From Amphiscolops sp. MND2022 (lineage: Eukaryota): 64,000 nt of DNA. Every line of letters begins with the position of its first letter. Within the stretch, counting starts at the first letter, position 1. Below the pieces are notes generated by a model. That model was not told where the DNA came from. It saw only the letters and a program-made list of their open reading frames with translations, and did not search any database. The position numbers and the translations under genes are program-made. The DNA lies in NCBI GenBank assembly GCA_964187785.1, contig OZ076409.1, positions 72,046,001 through 72,110,000 of the forward strand. The letters are read 5' to 3'. Positions 38,245 through 53,500 of this stretch are shown one piece after another.

Positions 38245-41035
38245 GTGGCGGGGGGCTGTCCCCAATAGAATATAGTGAGGTAGGGTAGGGTTCCCTACCG
38301 AACATTCAGTACTGAAAGACTCTTGTAGTATGAAAATTTTTCGATGTTTTGAGACCGATTTCGGATTCCACCCGTCAGAAGTTTATGATTTTTTGGCCCC
38401 CACCCAGATTTTGGGCACTGATCGCCCCCCACCAGGTTCCATACCCGTGGTTTCGTTGTGACGGGTACACGAGTGACCGTTAGGGGTCAATCAGGGGGTA
38501 AAATTTATAAAAGTGTGAATAACTTTTCCCCCCGTCGTTTTAGCAGGTCCGGTCACTAGTAAAGGTTTGTTGGGCATCATGCAGTGGGTACGGGGGGCCA
38601 AACAAAAATTTTCTATCTTGCACCGTTACGGACTTGGCCCCCCGCCCAAACCGCTATTTTACCGGAAATTGCACTTTTTGACCGGGAAGGAGTCGTCTGA
38701 GCGCGGAGTCATTTGGTAATGTTTTGTAGAGCATCTGGAGACGTGGTGGGGGACATGTAGTTTGCCGACCCCAGTTTACCCCTCGGACGGGAAATGACCG
38801 TTATGTGAGTTTCAAAAATGCCCCCCTCCAATTTTCCCCGCAATTTCCGGTGTGAAGGAGTCGGAATAGCGTGTCGAGTGCTATATATCAAAAGTAGCTT
38901 TAAACAAGGACCTATCAGAAACATGTGGTTTGGGACCCTTTGAACGGACCCGTTAGCCGGAAATAGGGTGACCGCCTCCTTTTTTTGGTGGTAAAACCGT
39001 AAAACGGGCATTAAAGTGTAATTATCTCGTGAACGCGTGGAGCAATCGTGTCCATCACTCCTACAAGGTTTCATACCCATGACATGGTGCCTTCAGGGGG
39101 GCAAACAGATCAGCGCTATCTATCACCGTTACGGACTTTGCCCCCCAGCCTAACCGCTATATTACCGGAAATTGCCCTTTTTGACCAGGAAGGAGTCGTC
39201 TGAGAGTGGAGTCGTTAAGTAATGTTTTGTAGAGCATCTAGAGACGTGTTGGGGGACATGTAGTTTGCCGACCCCGGTTTACCCCTCGGACGGGAAATTA
39301 CCGTTATGTGAGTTTTAAAATTGACCCCCTTCAACTTTCTCCGTTATTTCCGATGTGAAGGAGTGAGGGTAGCGCGTCGGGTGTCATATATCAAAAGTAG
39401 GTTAAGACAAGGACCAACCGGGAACATGTTGTTTGGGACCCTCTGGCCCAACCCGTTAGCCGTTATAAGGGTGATCGCCTCCTTTTTTTACTGCTAAAAC
39501 CGGAAAACGGGCATTGAGGGGTAAATATCTCGTGAACGCGTGGAGCAATCGTGTCCATCACTACTACAAGGTTTCATACCCATGATACGGTGCCTTCAGG
39601 GGGGAAAACAGATTACCGCTATATATCACCGTTACGGACTTGGCCCCCCAGCCTAACCGCTATGTGACCGGAAATGTCATTTTTTGAGCCAAAAGGGTTG
39701 GTCCCAGCGTGGGAACGTCAGGTAACTTTATGTAGAACTCAATGAGACGAGTTGGGGGATATAGTTTCAGTCACCCCCCGTTGACCCGTTAGACCGGAAA
39801 CGACCGTTATGTAGTGAAAAATGTAATTTTTATACTTTTTGAAGGCCATTTAGGGCAGGAAGTATCGGTAATATGTCTTTGGACAGTATACAATGAAAGT
39901 TTTGGTGTGAAACAAGCAATCTGAAATAACCGTTATTATGATTCGGAAGTCACACTAACAGCGAAAATGACCGTTATGTAGTGAAAAATTTTTTTCACAT
40001 TTTTTTTGCTTTCGATAGGTCCTTCAAGCCAAGAAGTAGCTGTATTAGGTCTTTGGTCACTTTATGATGATTGTGGTGTTGTGAGATGACCGTACGAACT
40101 TGACCTTTATAATGCCCCTGAAGTTGCTGTGGCACGAGAAATTTCAGAAAGTTTGTCTTTTCTGTGTTTTGTTGGAATAAACATGTAATTTCATCAAACC
40201 AAAGTGCATTCAGGGTGTCAGAAAGCTTCAAGAAAAGAATTTGACAGGAAACATGAGGTGAGAAATAGGAAAATGCCACGGAAATCCAACCCGTTGGGAA
40301 GTAAAGATAATAAATTGGTTTGGAAGTGCCAATCGACGTGTAATTGCGGATCATAGCTACGATATTGTCTCTGTTGTTTCTTTTTGAAGACTTTGAACAT
40401 TTTCACTTTATCAGCTTGAAGTTTCGACTCCATTAACTCAATAACCGTTACAATATGATAGCCCTCAAGTTGACCTTGTGTCAACTTGAAAGGGCTATCC
40501 TTTCACAACTGCGCAGCGACAGTGTGATTGAGTGTTTTTGTTATTATCCATAGCCAATTTGAACTTCAACAAAAGTTTAACCATAGTTAAAAAATTTCAT
40601 ATGATTCTTTTAAAAGGATAAGTAAGAAACAAATGTTTGACAAAAAACTTTCAACCTTTAATTTGTGGACTGAATATCAGGAAAACCATGTCTCCTAACG
40701 TTGTTGGATGAAATTCAACATGATTCTTTTAATAGGATAACAAAGTTTGACAACATATTTTTTTATTTTCTTTCGTTGGTGCTCTACATTTTAGGAAAAC
40801 GAATTTTCCAACAAATATTGTTGGCTGATGCCTGTTCATAGTGGCTTGAAAATTTCACCAACTGTAATGCTTTTTATCAAAGGTGAAACCGCTCCTTACC
40901 GTCGCATAATGTAATTCAAGCCGACGCCCACATGCCAACATCAACGCCCACCGTCCGTAGGCATGCCGAGGCATGCCTTTCGACGACGTATGCCAAATCA
41001 CGCCCCTGCGAGGTCACTAAAGCGGTAGCGGCTAG
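38245..41035 (+). mobile_element. Unit 18, family AL, 2791 bp
   Basis: Bounded by GCTAGGTG; sister of unit 5. Confidence 0.72.
38622..39980 (+). repeat. 503-bp internal repeat, about 2.7 copies, in unit 18 (end approximate)
   Basis: ACCGTTACGGACTT at 38622, 39125, 39628. Confidence 0.85.
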
Positions 41036-44000
41036 GTGGGCGGGGGTAATTCCCCAACTAAAAAATCGGCCGGCGGGTAGGGTCCTGCCGGCCGTCCAAA
41101 ATCAAAAATATACTAGTAGAAAACGGCCGGTCAAACGAGCTATTTTTTTATTTAACCGTTAGAATTTGGGTTTAGATTGCATGCGGCCATGAAATGGCCA
41201 TACGAATCGAAGTTCCTGCTGACGTTTTGCGATTGAAACACTTTATAAAAAGTTATGGCCAATTTGTCAGTCACCTAGAAGGGCAAAATGAGGAAAATTT
41301 TAACAAAGTCGCTGATAACTCAAAATGTGTTATTTTTTGGACTTTGACTGTGAAACAAGCTTGGAACCTTCATTTCGTGGCTGTGGCATTGCACTGAACG
41401 CAAAAGATGTAAAGTTTTTACATTTTTTGAAAATTTGACATTTTTGAAATTTTTTTCACTACTATCAGTACCATATATGTCAAAAACACCTCAGAAAAAA
41501 AATTTTATTTGCTTTAACTTGGAAACCTTGGTATCCATGGTTTCTGTCGGAACCTACTCGCAACCAAACAACCAACAGTTTGCATCCAATGTGAAAATAA
41601 AAAATTTTTCTGGGTCATAAGCGTTTCACAAGGATTTCTCAACTTAGTATTAATTTACAAAATGGTCATTTTGAACACAATATTTTCATCGAGGCTTGTC
41701 GGCTATAGCCTTAATGTTCTAGAACGGTCCCACTGGCAACGTAGGAACCATTTATAGTAATAGAAAGTTTAAAAAATATATTATCACCCTGTCTTCAGTC
41801 ATTTTTCTGTCATTCGGAACTTAACTTAGAAAAATTTCGACCAAAATACCCATTTTTTGACAGATCGAAAATTCAAATTCAACTTTTTAAGCAAAATTAT
41901 TAACTCTGACGTAACCAGTGGGGCTCATGATACTCAAAAACACGATTGGGACTGGTACCAATGGCTCCAATATCATATGAGCCGCGATAAGACGTTATTT
42001 TGAGCAATACGTCTCAATTGAGGGAAACATCTCGCAAGCCTGGGATCACAGTTAAAAGTGATTTCGTCAAAAATTTACTCTTTTTCGTCAATCACTATTA
42101 ACACAGAGTGCGTAGGGTGAGTTTCAGCACTATAATGCGGTTTTTGAAGGAATCGGTCTGCTCAAGGGGTGGTATGAGACATTTTTTTTTGCATGTAGTA
42201 CTATATTTCTCAAAACTTTTAGCCCATTATCTCGAAAAGCTCACTTCGCAAATTACTTTCAGTTACTCTATTCGAAGCTTAGAATATATATGAACACTGT
42301 GGTTGATCAGAAACTCTTGACTATTTTGTTTTTGGAAAAAAACTGCCTTGCATGTGTTACATTAGTGGCAGGAAAAATACCAGTAGCTCCAAAAATCACA
42401 ATTTTGGACGGACAGACCTGCAATGATGCAAAGCAAAAACGTTTCAACAACTTCTGGCGCCACTTTTTTTACCCAAGAGGTTCGAAATTACTATTAACAA
42501 TGCTGACATTCGCTATAAATAAGATCGAGGTCAATTTACTAACACTTAGGTTATACATTTATATCTGAGAAACCATTCTTTGTCAGGTCGCAATTTTAAA
42601 TTTAGTTTGAGAAGCAATACTTTTCACTCTGAAGCAAACCGTTGGGCCCAAATTACTCAAAAACTACAAAATGACTGTCACCATATGCCCTAATAGCATA
42701 TGAGATTCGACCGTTCGTTTTTAACACAAAAACTCTCATCCGAAGTAAACATGTTGAAAGCCTTGAATCACCGTGAGAAATGATTTCATCAAAAAATATT
42801 CCTTTTTCGTCAATCTTTATCTACACAGAACACGTTGTGTCATTTTCAGCCGTGAAATGAGCTTCTACCGTAATATGGGTTGCTCAAGGTGTTGTATAAG
42901 ACAAAAACTTCCTCTTTTCTACTATCTTCTTCAAATATTTCAACCCTTTGTCACAAGAAGTTAATATTCAAAATCTCTTTGAAATGTTTCTTTAGGTTGG
43001 GGTGAAGTGTTAGAACAATAATTATGATCGAAGAATGATAGTATTGGTGTTTGGACCATGTCCGGATGAACAAATTGCAAAATCATGAAAAATTTCTTAC
43101 CATTTTTGGTCATTTTGTCAGTACTAAAAATGTTAGCTGAAAAAGAATTTTTTTGATGGCACCATTGGATTCCTCTCAAAAAGTTAGCTATATGAACTGT
43201 GTAATAACCCCGTATCTTTTCAATTTAAATAATTTTAAAAAGCAAACTTTTTTGACTAAAATCCTAAAAATCATACCATTTCCTAAAAAATTTCAAATGC
43301 CCCCCATTTGACGTATAAGAATAGCACAGAAAACTATCACATACCGATCGACTCTACTTCCATTGTAGATTACCAGAATTTTGTTTAGAACAATTTTTGA
43401 CGGATGCAAAAAAAATTTAAACCCTCCAAAAAAGGGCCAAAATTACACGAAAAAATTGACCTTAAAATTTTAAAATGTCGAAAAATCATCAAAACCACAG
43501 CTTCTTGGGGTTCTATCAACTCCACGTGGTCCACAGAGTATGTTAAAACAAGTTTTACCCGTATTTGAGCAATATGTGAAAAAGCCGACTTTTTTGGGAA
43601 TGAAAAACATACCATTTCCTAAAAAATTTCAAACGCACCCCATTTGACGTATAAGAATAGCACAGAAAACTATCACATACCGATCGACTCTACTTCCATT
43701 GTAGGTTACCAGAATCTTGTTTAGAACAATTGTTGACGGATGCAAAAAAAAATTAAACCCTCCAAAAATGGGCCAAAATTACACGAAAAAATTGACCTTA
43801 AATTTTTAAAATGTCAAAAAATCATCAAAACCACAGCTTCTTGGGGTTCTATCAACTCCACGTGGTCCACAGAGTATGCTAAAACAGGTTTTACCTGTTT
43901 CTGAGCTATATGTGAAAAAACCGACATTTTGGGGAAGAAAAACATACCATTTCCTAAAAAATTTCAAATGCACGCCATTTGCCGTATGAGAATAGCACAG

Positions 44001-45799
44001 AAAACTATCACATACCGATCAACTCTACTTCTATTGTAGATTATCAGATTTTTGTTTAGAACAAATTTTTATGGATATAAAAAATTTTTAAACCCTCCAA
44101 ATATGAGCCAAAATAACACGAAAAAATGGACCCTAAATTTTTAAAATGTCAAAAAATTATCCAAACCACAGCTTCTTGGGGTTCTATCAGCTCCACGTGG
44201 TCCACAGAGTATGCTAAAACAGGTTTTGCCCGTTTTTGAGCAGTATATGAAAAAGCCGACATTTTTGGGGAAGAAAAACATACCATTTCCTAAATAATTT
44301 CAAATGCAGGCAATTTGCCGTATGAGAGTAGCACAGAAAACTATCACACACCGATCAACTCTACTTCTTTTGTAGATTATCAGAATTATGTTTAGAGTAA
44401 AGTTTTATGGATATGAAAAATTTTTATACCCTCCAAAAATGGGCCAAAATGACACGAAAAAATTGACCTCAAATTTTTAAAATGTCAAAAAATTATCCAA
44501 ACCACAGCGTCTTGGCGTTCTATCAACTCCAAATGACCTTCAGAGTATACCAAACCAGGTATTGCCAATCTTTTGAGCAATATTTAAAAACACCGACTAT
44601 TTGGCAAGAACACCATAATATGTTCCATATAAGAAGTGAATCATTCCACATATATACCCGGTCTAATATTTCCAAATTAGCGATAACATTTATACATGAT
44701 GGTTTTTGAAAGTGAGCTTCATAAGAGGTTGAGATGTAATAATACGTAAATGGACCCTAAGTTTCATTGAAATCTCAATGGAATACGTCCAATCAACTTC
44801 AATCCTAACTATTATATAACAAAAAACACTTGAGTACATTCCATCTCCCCATCGGGGGAGATGAGAATGTACTTTTCAAAAGCCAAAAACTTCGAATTTT
44901 AAATCTTTTGTAACATTGTATGTAACTGTTGAAACGATGAACGAATAAAAATGCTTCTAGTACCTTCATCAATTTTTGCTTCAGCTCCTATTTCTGCAGA
45001 ACAAAACCAAAAGACACACTTACAGCAGTTAAGTTCGATTGTATAACTCAGTGAATAAAGGTATGACTGAGGAAGTTCACAAGTTGTTTCAAAAGTTTCC
45101 GGCCTTCCAAAATCATGAAACGTCCACACAAGCAAGATAGCAAGTGAAAGAATGCTGAATGCACCTTATTAGATGAGATAAATAATGTGTGGAACTTGCC
45201 ATTATCTCAAGATGACGTTGATTTTTGATCTTTTAAGGATAGTTCGATATGTGACCACAATAGTGGAAAACTTATTACTATTTGAAGAACACCGTGGAAA
45301 GCGTTCAGAAAGGACAGTATATTTGTTTCGAGCATGCATGCGTGTGTTCCTTTGGTGACGTTAGCTTAGTGTACATGACGGAGGTATTCGAGAGATTATG
45401 ATAGAGTTTACTCACAAGTCTTTGTTTTTTTAAACTTTCTATGCCGTTGAGTACATTCGTAAGGTACATCCATCCCCTTCTCTGGGAATGTACGTTTGCC
45501 AAATGACTGTCATCCAAAATTCGTAATCCGGACGAGTTTAACTACATAAACATGTGATGAGCGTTTTCAATTCACAACCGAATAACATTTTTTTTCTCGA
45601 AAATGATGATGGTTTTGATTTTGATGTCTTCTACTTTTATCATCATGCAAACGACCTTACCATGTCTCTCTTCTGTCGTCATTTGTACAACGCCACATAG
45701 CGTTCCGACGCCCACCGTCTGTGGGCATGCCGAGGCATGCCCTTCGACGACGTATGCCAAATGAGCCATACCCGCACTCTGGAGTGCGGTAGCGGCTAG
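41036..45799 (+). mobile_element. Unit 19, family BL (subtype 1), 4764 bp
   Basis: Bounded by GCTAGGTG; near-identical to unit 3 (same short ORF translations recur); H2 44833-44873. Confidence 0.75.
43272..44600 (+). repeat. ~336-bp tandem repeat block in unit 19 (end approximate)
   Basis: Same repeat family as 5096-6430. Confidence 0.85.
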
Positions 45800-48700
45800 G
45801 TGGGCGGGGGTAATTCCCCAACTAAAAATTCGGCCGGCGGGTCGGGTCCTGCCGGCCGTCCAAAATCAAAATCCTCCTAGTAGAAAACGGCCGGTCAAAC
45901 GAGCTATTTTTTTATTTAACCGTTAGAATTTGGGTTTAGATTGCATGCGGCCATGAAATGGCCATACGAATCGAAGTTCCTGCTGACGTTTTGCGATTGA
46001 AACACTTTATAAAAAGTTATGGCCAATTTGTCATTCACCTAGAAGGGCAAAATGAGGAAAATTTTAACAAAGTCGCTGATAACTCAAAATGTAATAATTT
46101 TTGGACTTTGACAGTGAAACAAGCTTGGAACTGTCATTTCGTGGCTGTGGCATTGCACTGAACACAAAAGATGTAAAGTTTTCACATTTTTTGAAAATTC
46201 GACATTTTTGAATTTTTTTTCACTACTATCAGTACACTATATGTCAAAAACGCCTCTGAAAAAAATTTTTATTTGCTTAAAAATAGAAACCTTGGTATCC
46301 ATGGTTTCCGTCAGTACCTACTCGCTGCCAAACGCTCAACAGTTTGCATCCAATGTGAAAATATAATTTTTTTCGAGGTCATAGGTGTTTCACAATGATT
46401 TCTCAACTTAGTATCTATTTACAAATTGGTCATTTTGAACACATTATTTTCATCGAAGCGTGTCAGATACCACCCTAATGCTCACAAATGGGCCTACTGG
46501 CAACGTTGGAACCATTTTTAGTAAAAGAAAGTATTAAAAAAATATTTTCACCCGGTCTTCAGTCATTTTTCAGACATTCGGTACTTAACTTAGAAAAATT
46601 TCGCATCAAAAACCCATATTTGGTAGGGTCGAAATTTGAAATTCAGTTTTTTATGCAAAATTATTAACTCTGACGTAACCAGTGGAGCCCATGATACTCA
46701 AAAACACGATTGGGACTGGTATCAGTGGCTCCAATAACATATGAGCCGCGATAAGACGTTATTCAGAGCAAACGCTCTAAATCGAAGTAAACATCTCTGA
46801 AGCCTGGGATCACAGTGAAATGTGATATCACCAAAAGTTTACTCTTTTTTGTCAATCACTATGTACACAGAGTGCGTAGGGTGAGTTTCAGGACTATAAT
46901 GAGGTTTTTGAAGTAATCGCCCTGCTCAAGGGGTGGTATGAGACTATTCTTTCCCATATACTACTACATTTCCATAAATTTGCAGTCCATTGTCTTGGAA
47001 AGATAACTTCACAAAAACAATTTTTCTACTCTATTCAGTTATTAGAATAAAGTTGAACACTGTGGTTGATCAGAAATGCTCAATTCTTTTGGTTTTTAAA
47101 AAAATTCCTTCGCATTCGTTACATTTGTGGAAGGAAGGTTATCAGTAGCTCCAAAAAAACGAAATTTAGCACGAACAGACATGCAACGATGCAAAGCAAA
47201 AACGTTTTTACAACTTCCGACGTCATTATTTTACCCAAGAAGTTCGAAAATATCATTCGCAATGCTGTCATTCGCTATATATACGATCGCGGTCAATTTA
47301 CAAACATTTAGATTTCATTGTTCTGCTTGAAAACCAATTTTTGTCAGGTCGAAATTTTAAATTTTGCCTGGGGAGCAATACCCTTCACGCTGAAGTAAAC
47401 AGTGGGGCCCAAGTTACTCAAAAACAAGAAAGAGACTGCTACAATATGTCCTAATAACATATGGACCACGATAGTACGTTTTTCACACAAAAAACTCTCA
47501 TCCGAAGTAAATATGTTGAAAGCTTTTAATCACCGTGAGAAGTGATTTCATCAAAAAATAACTCTTTTTTGTCAATCACTATTTACACAGAATTTGTAAA
47601 GTTAGTTTGAGTCATGAAATGAGGCTTTACCGTAATATGGGTTGCTCAAGGTGTTATATAAGACAAAAACTTCCTCTTTTCTACTAGCTTCTTCAAATAT
47701 TTCAACCCTTTGTCACATTAAGTTATTATTCAAAATCTCTTTGAAATGTATCTTTATGTTGGGGTGAAGTCTAAGAACAATAACTATGATCGAAGAATGC
47801 TAGTACTGGTGTTTGAACCATGTCCGGATGAACAAATCACAAAATCATCAAAAAAATGTTCCCTTTTTTGGTTATTTTGGCAGTACTAAAAATGTTAGCC
47901 GGTAAATAATTTTTTCGATGGCACCATTGGATTCCTCTCAAAAAGTTGGTTATATGACCTGTGTAATAACCCCGTATCTTTTCAATTTAAATATATTTAA
48001 AAAGCCAACTATTTTGACCAAAATCCTAAAAATCATACCATTTCCTAAAAATTTTCAAATGCACCCCATTTGACGTATAAGATAAGCACAGAAAACTATC
48101 ATATACCGATCAACTCTACTCCTATTGTAGATTATTAGAATTTTGTTTAGAATGAATTTTGATGAATATTAAAAAAATTTTGAACCCTCCAAAAATGGGC
48201 CAAAATTACACGAAAAAATTGACCTTAAAATACCAAAATGTCAAAAAATCATCAAAACCCAGGCTTCTTGGGGTTCTATCAACTCCGCGTGGTCCACAGA
48301 GTATGCTAAAACAGGTTTTACCCGTTTTTGAGCAATATGTGAAAAAGCCGACATTTTTGGGAAAGAAAAACATACCATTTCCTAAAAAAATTCAAATGCA
48401 CGTCATTTGCCGTATTAGAATAGCACAGAAAACTATCACATACCAATCAACTCTACTTTCATTGCAGATGAACAGAATTTTGTTTAGAATAAATTTTACC
48501 GGATAATAAAAAAATTTGAATCCTTCAAAAATGGGCCAAAAATACACGAAAAAATGGACCTTAAAAATTTAAAATGTCAAAAAATCATCAAAACAACAGC
48601 TTCTTGGGGTTCTATCAACTCCACGATGTCCACAGAGTATGCTAAAACAGGTTTTACCCGTTTTTGAGCAATATGTGAAAAAGCCGACATTTTTGGGAAA

Positions 48701-50559
48701 GAAAAACATACCATTTCCTAAAAAAATTCAAATGCACGCCATTTGCCGTATGAAAATAGCACAGAAAACTATCACATACCAATCAACTCTACTTTCATTG
48801 CAGATGAACAGAATTTTGTTTAGAATAAACTTTACCGGATAATAAAAAAATTTGATTCCTTCTAAAATGGACCAAAATTACACGAAAAAATGGACCTTAA
48901 AATTTTAAAATGTCAAAAAATCATCAAAACCACGGCTTCTTGGGGTTCTATCAACTCCACGTGGTCCACAGAGTATGCTTAACCCGGTTTTACCCATCTT
49001 TGAGCAAAATGTGAAAATACCGACATTTTTGGAAAAGAAAAACATGCCAATTTCTAATAATTTTCAAATGCACGCCATTTGCTGTATGAGAATAACACAG
49101 AAAGCTGTCACATACCGATCAACTCTACTTCCATTGTAGATTATCAGAAGTTTGTTTAGAATAAATTTTGAAGGATAATAAAAAAATTTGAATCCATCAA
49201 AAATGGGCCAAAATTACACGAAAAAATTGACCTTAAAATATCAAAATGTCAAAAAATCATCAAAACCACAATTTCTTGGCGTTCTATCAACTCCATATGA
49301 TATCAAACCAGGTACTGCCAATCGTTTGAGTTATAATAAAAAAACGTCTTTTTTGGCAAGAATTCCATACCATAAATAATAATCATGTTCCATATAAGAA
49401 GCGAATCATTTCAGATATATACCCTGTTCATTTTTTTAATATTACCGATTATTAATTTAATAGATGTTTTGAATGTGAGCTTCCTAAAAGGTTCAGGTGT
49501 GATGATACGTAAATAGAACCTTAGTTTCATCGAAATCTCAATTGAATATGTCCAATCTTAACCATCCGATAACAAGAAACTCTTAAGTACATTCCATCTC
49601 CCCATCGGGGGAGATGAGAATGTACTTTCGAGAAGCCAAATACGTCCAACATTCAAACTTTTGTAACTTTGTATGTAACTCCTGAAACGAAGAAGGATTA
49701 AAATTGTTTCTGGTACATACATGAGTCTTTACTTCAGCTTCTATTTCTGCTGAACAAAACCATTCGACTCTTTTGCCGGAGTTAAGATCGATTGTATTAC
49801 CCAGTGAACAAAGGCATGACTGAAAACGTTTACTACTTTGTTCATAATTTTCCGGCCTTCCGAAATGATGAAACGTCCACATAACTAAGATAGCAAGTGA
49901 ATGACTGCGAAATGCACCTTGTTAGATGAGGTAAATAACGTGTAAAACTCTCCTTTATCCTAACATGAGGTTGAGTAATGATCATTTGAGAATAGTTTGA
50001 TATGTGAATACAATAGTATAAAACAAGTACATTTTATATGAATAACGCCGTGGAAAGCGTTCAGAAAGGACAGTAGGCTTGTTTGGAACATGTATGTGTG
50101 GTGTCCCTTGGTGGCGTTCGCTTAGTGTATATGTCGAGGGGTATTCGAGTTGTTATGATAGAATTTACACACAAGTCTTTTGTTTTTTGGTTTTTTTAAA
50201 ATGTCGTTAAGTACCTGCATTCTATCCCCTTCTCAGAGATGACGTGAAGTTACGTTTGCTAAATAAATGTCATCGAAAGATCACACTCCCGACGAAATTA
50301 ACTATCTTAACACGTGTTTAGAATTTTAAATAAACAACCGTATAAGATTTTTATATTTCATTGAGTTTGATGAAGTCTTTTGTTCTTCTCACTACTATTT
50401 CAACCAATACACATAACCGTTACCATATCACATGTCTCCATTAGTACAACGCCACATAGCGTTCCGACGCCCACAGTCTGTGGGCATGCCGAGGCATGCC
50501 CTTCGACGACGTATGGCAAATGGAGCCATGCCCGCCGTCTTTACGGCGGTAGCGGCTAG
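45800..50559 (+). mobile_element. Unit 20, family BL (subtype 2), 4760 bp
   Basis: Bounded by GCTAGGTG; near-identical to unit 12; H2 49586-49626. Confidence 0.75.
48034..49350 (+). repeat. ~336-bp tandem repeat block in unit 20 (end approximate)
   Basis: Same repeat family as 5096-6430. Confidence 0.85.
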
Positions 50560-53500
50560 GTGGGCGGGGGTAATTCCCCAACTAAAAATTCGGCCGGCGG
50601 GTCGGGTCCTGCCGGCCGTCCAAAATCAAAATCCTACTAGTAGAAAACGGCATGTCAAACGAGCTATTTTTTTATTTAACCGTTAGAATTTGGGTTTAGA
50701 TTGCATGCGGCCATGAAATGGCCATACGAATTGAAGTTCCTGCTGACGTTTTGCGATTGAAACACTTTATAAAAAGTTATGGCCAATTTGTCAGTCACCT
50801 AGAAGGGCAAAATGAGGAAAATTTTAACAAAGTCGCTGATATCTCAAAATGTGTTAATTTTTGGACTTTGACTGTGAAACAAGCTTGGAACCTTCATTTC
50901 GTGGCTGTGGCATTGCACTGAACACAAAAGCTGTAAAGTTTTCACATTTTTTGAAAATTCGACATTTTTGAAATTTCTTTCACTACCATCAGTACCCCAT
51001 ATGTCAAAAACACCTCAGAAAAAAATTTTTATTTGCTTTAAATTGGAAACCTTGGTATCCATGGTTTCTGTCGGAACCTACTCGCAGCCAAACACCCAAC
51101 AGTTTGCATCCAATGTGAAATAAAAAATTTTTTCGAGGTCATAAGCGTTTCACAAGGTTTTCATGATTTAGTATTAAATTACATAGTGGTCATTTTAAAC
51201 ATAAAATTTTGGTCCAGGCATGTCGGATATAGTCTGAATGCTCACGAACGGTCCTACTGGCAACGTATGAACCATTTATAGTAATAAAAAGTATTAAAAA
51301 AATTTTTTCACCCGGTCTTCAGTCATTTTTCAGACATTCGGAACTTAACTTAGAAAATTTTCGAACCAAATACCCATTTTTTGTCAGGTCGAAAATTGAA
51401 ATTCAGCTAATAAAGCAAAATTTTTTACTCTGACGTAACCAGTGGGGTCCATGATACTCAAAAATACGATTGGGACTGGTACCAATGGCTCCTATATCAT
51501 ATGAGCCGCGATAAGATGTTATTTCGAGCAATACGTCTCAATTGAGGTAAACATCTCGCAAGCCTGGGATCACAGTGAATTGTAATTTTATCAAAATTTT
51601 ACTCATTTTTGTCAATCACTATGTGCACAGAGTGCGTAGGGGGAGTTGTAGCACTATAATGAGGTTTTTGAAGGCATCGGGTTGCTCAAGGGGTGGTATG
51701 AGACATTTTTTTCCTATATACTACTGTATTTTCCAAAACTTTTAGCCCATTATCTGCAAAAACTAACTTGACAAAATACTTTGAGTTACTCTACTCAAAG
51801 CTTAGAACATAGATGAACACTGTGGTTGATCAGAAACTATTTACTATTTTGTTTTTAGAAAAAACTGCCTTGCATGTGTTACACTAGTGGCAGGAAAAAT
51901 ACCAGTAGCTCCAAAAATCACAAATTTGGACGGACAGACTTGCAATGATGCAAAGCAAAAACGTTTCAACAACTTCTGACGCCACTTCTTTTACCCAAGA
52001 GGTTCGAAAACGCCATTAACAAGGCTGACATTCGCAATAAATAAGATCGAGGTCCATTTACTAACACTTAGGTTTCAAATTTGTTTCTGAGAAACCCATT
52101 TTTGTCAGGTCGCAATTTCAAATTTAATTTGGGAAGCAAAATTTTTCACTCTGAAGCAAACCGCTGGGCCCAAATTACTCAAAAACAACAAAAAGACTAT
52201 CACCATATGCTCTAATAACATATGAGATGCGACAGTATGCTTTTAACACAAAAACTCTCATCCGAAGTAAACATGTTGAAAGCCTTGAATCACCGTGAGA
52301 AGTGATTTCATCAAAAAATATTTCTTTTTCGTCAATCACTATATACACAAAACCCGTTGTGTTAGTTTCAGCCGTGAAATGAGGTTCTACCGTAATATGG
52401 GTTGCTCAAGGTGTTGTATAAGAGAAAATCGTCCTCTTTTCTACTAACTTCTTCAAATATTTCGACCCTTTGTCACACGAAGTTAAAATTCAAAATCTCT
52501 TTGAATTGTTTCTTTAGGTTGGGATGAAGTGGTAGAACAATAACTTTGATCCAAGAATGCTAGTATTGGTGTTTGGACCATGTTTGGATGAACAAATCGC
52601 AAAATCATGAAAAATTTGTTTCTTTTTTTGGTTATTTTGGCAGTACTAAAAATGTTAGCTGACAAATAATTTTTTCGATAGCACCATTGGATTCCGCTCA
52701 AAAAGTTGGTTATATGACATGTGTAATAACGCCGTATCTTTTCAATTTAAATATATTTAAAAAGCCAACTTTTTTGACCAAAATCCTAAAAATCATACCA
52801 TTTCCTAAAAAATTTCAAATGCACCCCATTTGACGTATAACAATAGCACAGAAAACTATCATATACCGATCAACTCTACTCTCATTGTGGATTATTAGCA
52901 TTTTGTTTTGAACGAATTTTGATGGATATTAAAAAATTTTGAACCCTCCAAATATGGGCCAAAATTACACGAAAAAATTGACCTTAAAATTTTAAAATGT
53001 CAAAAAATCATCAAAACTACAGCTTCTTGGGGTTCTATCAACTCCACGTGGTCCACAGAGTACGCTAAAACAGGTTTTACCCGTTTTTGAGCAATATGTG
53101 AAAAAGCCGACATTTTTGGGAAAGAAAAACATCCCATTTCCTAAAAAAATTCAATTGCACGCCATTTGCCGTATGAGAATAGCACGGAAAACTATCACAT
53201 ACCGATCAACTCTACTTTTATTGTAGATGATTAAAAATTAGTTTAAAACAAATTTTGACGGATATTAAAAAATTTTAAACCCTTAAAAAATGGGCCAAAA
53301 TTACACGAAAAAATTGACCTTAAAATTTTAAAATGTCACAAAATCATCAAAACCACAGCTTCTTGGGGTTCTATCAACTCCACGTGGTCCACAGAGTACG
53401 CTAAAACAGGTTTTACCCGTTTTTGAGCAATATGTGAAAAAGCCGACATTTTTGGGGAAGAAAAAATAGGCATTTCCTAAAAAAATCAAATGCACGCCAT

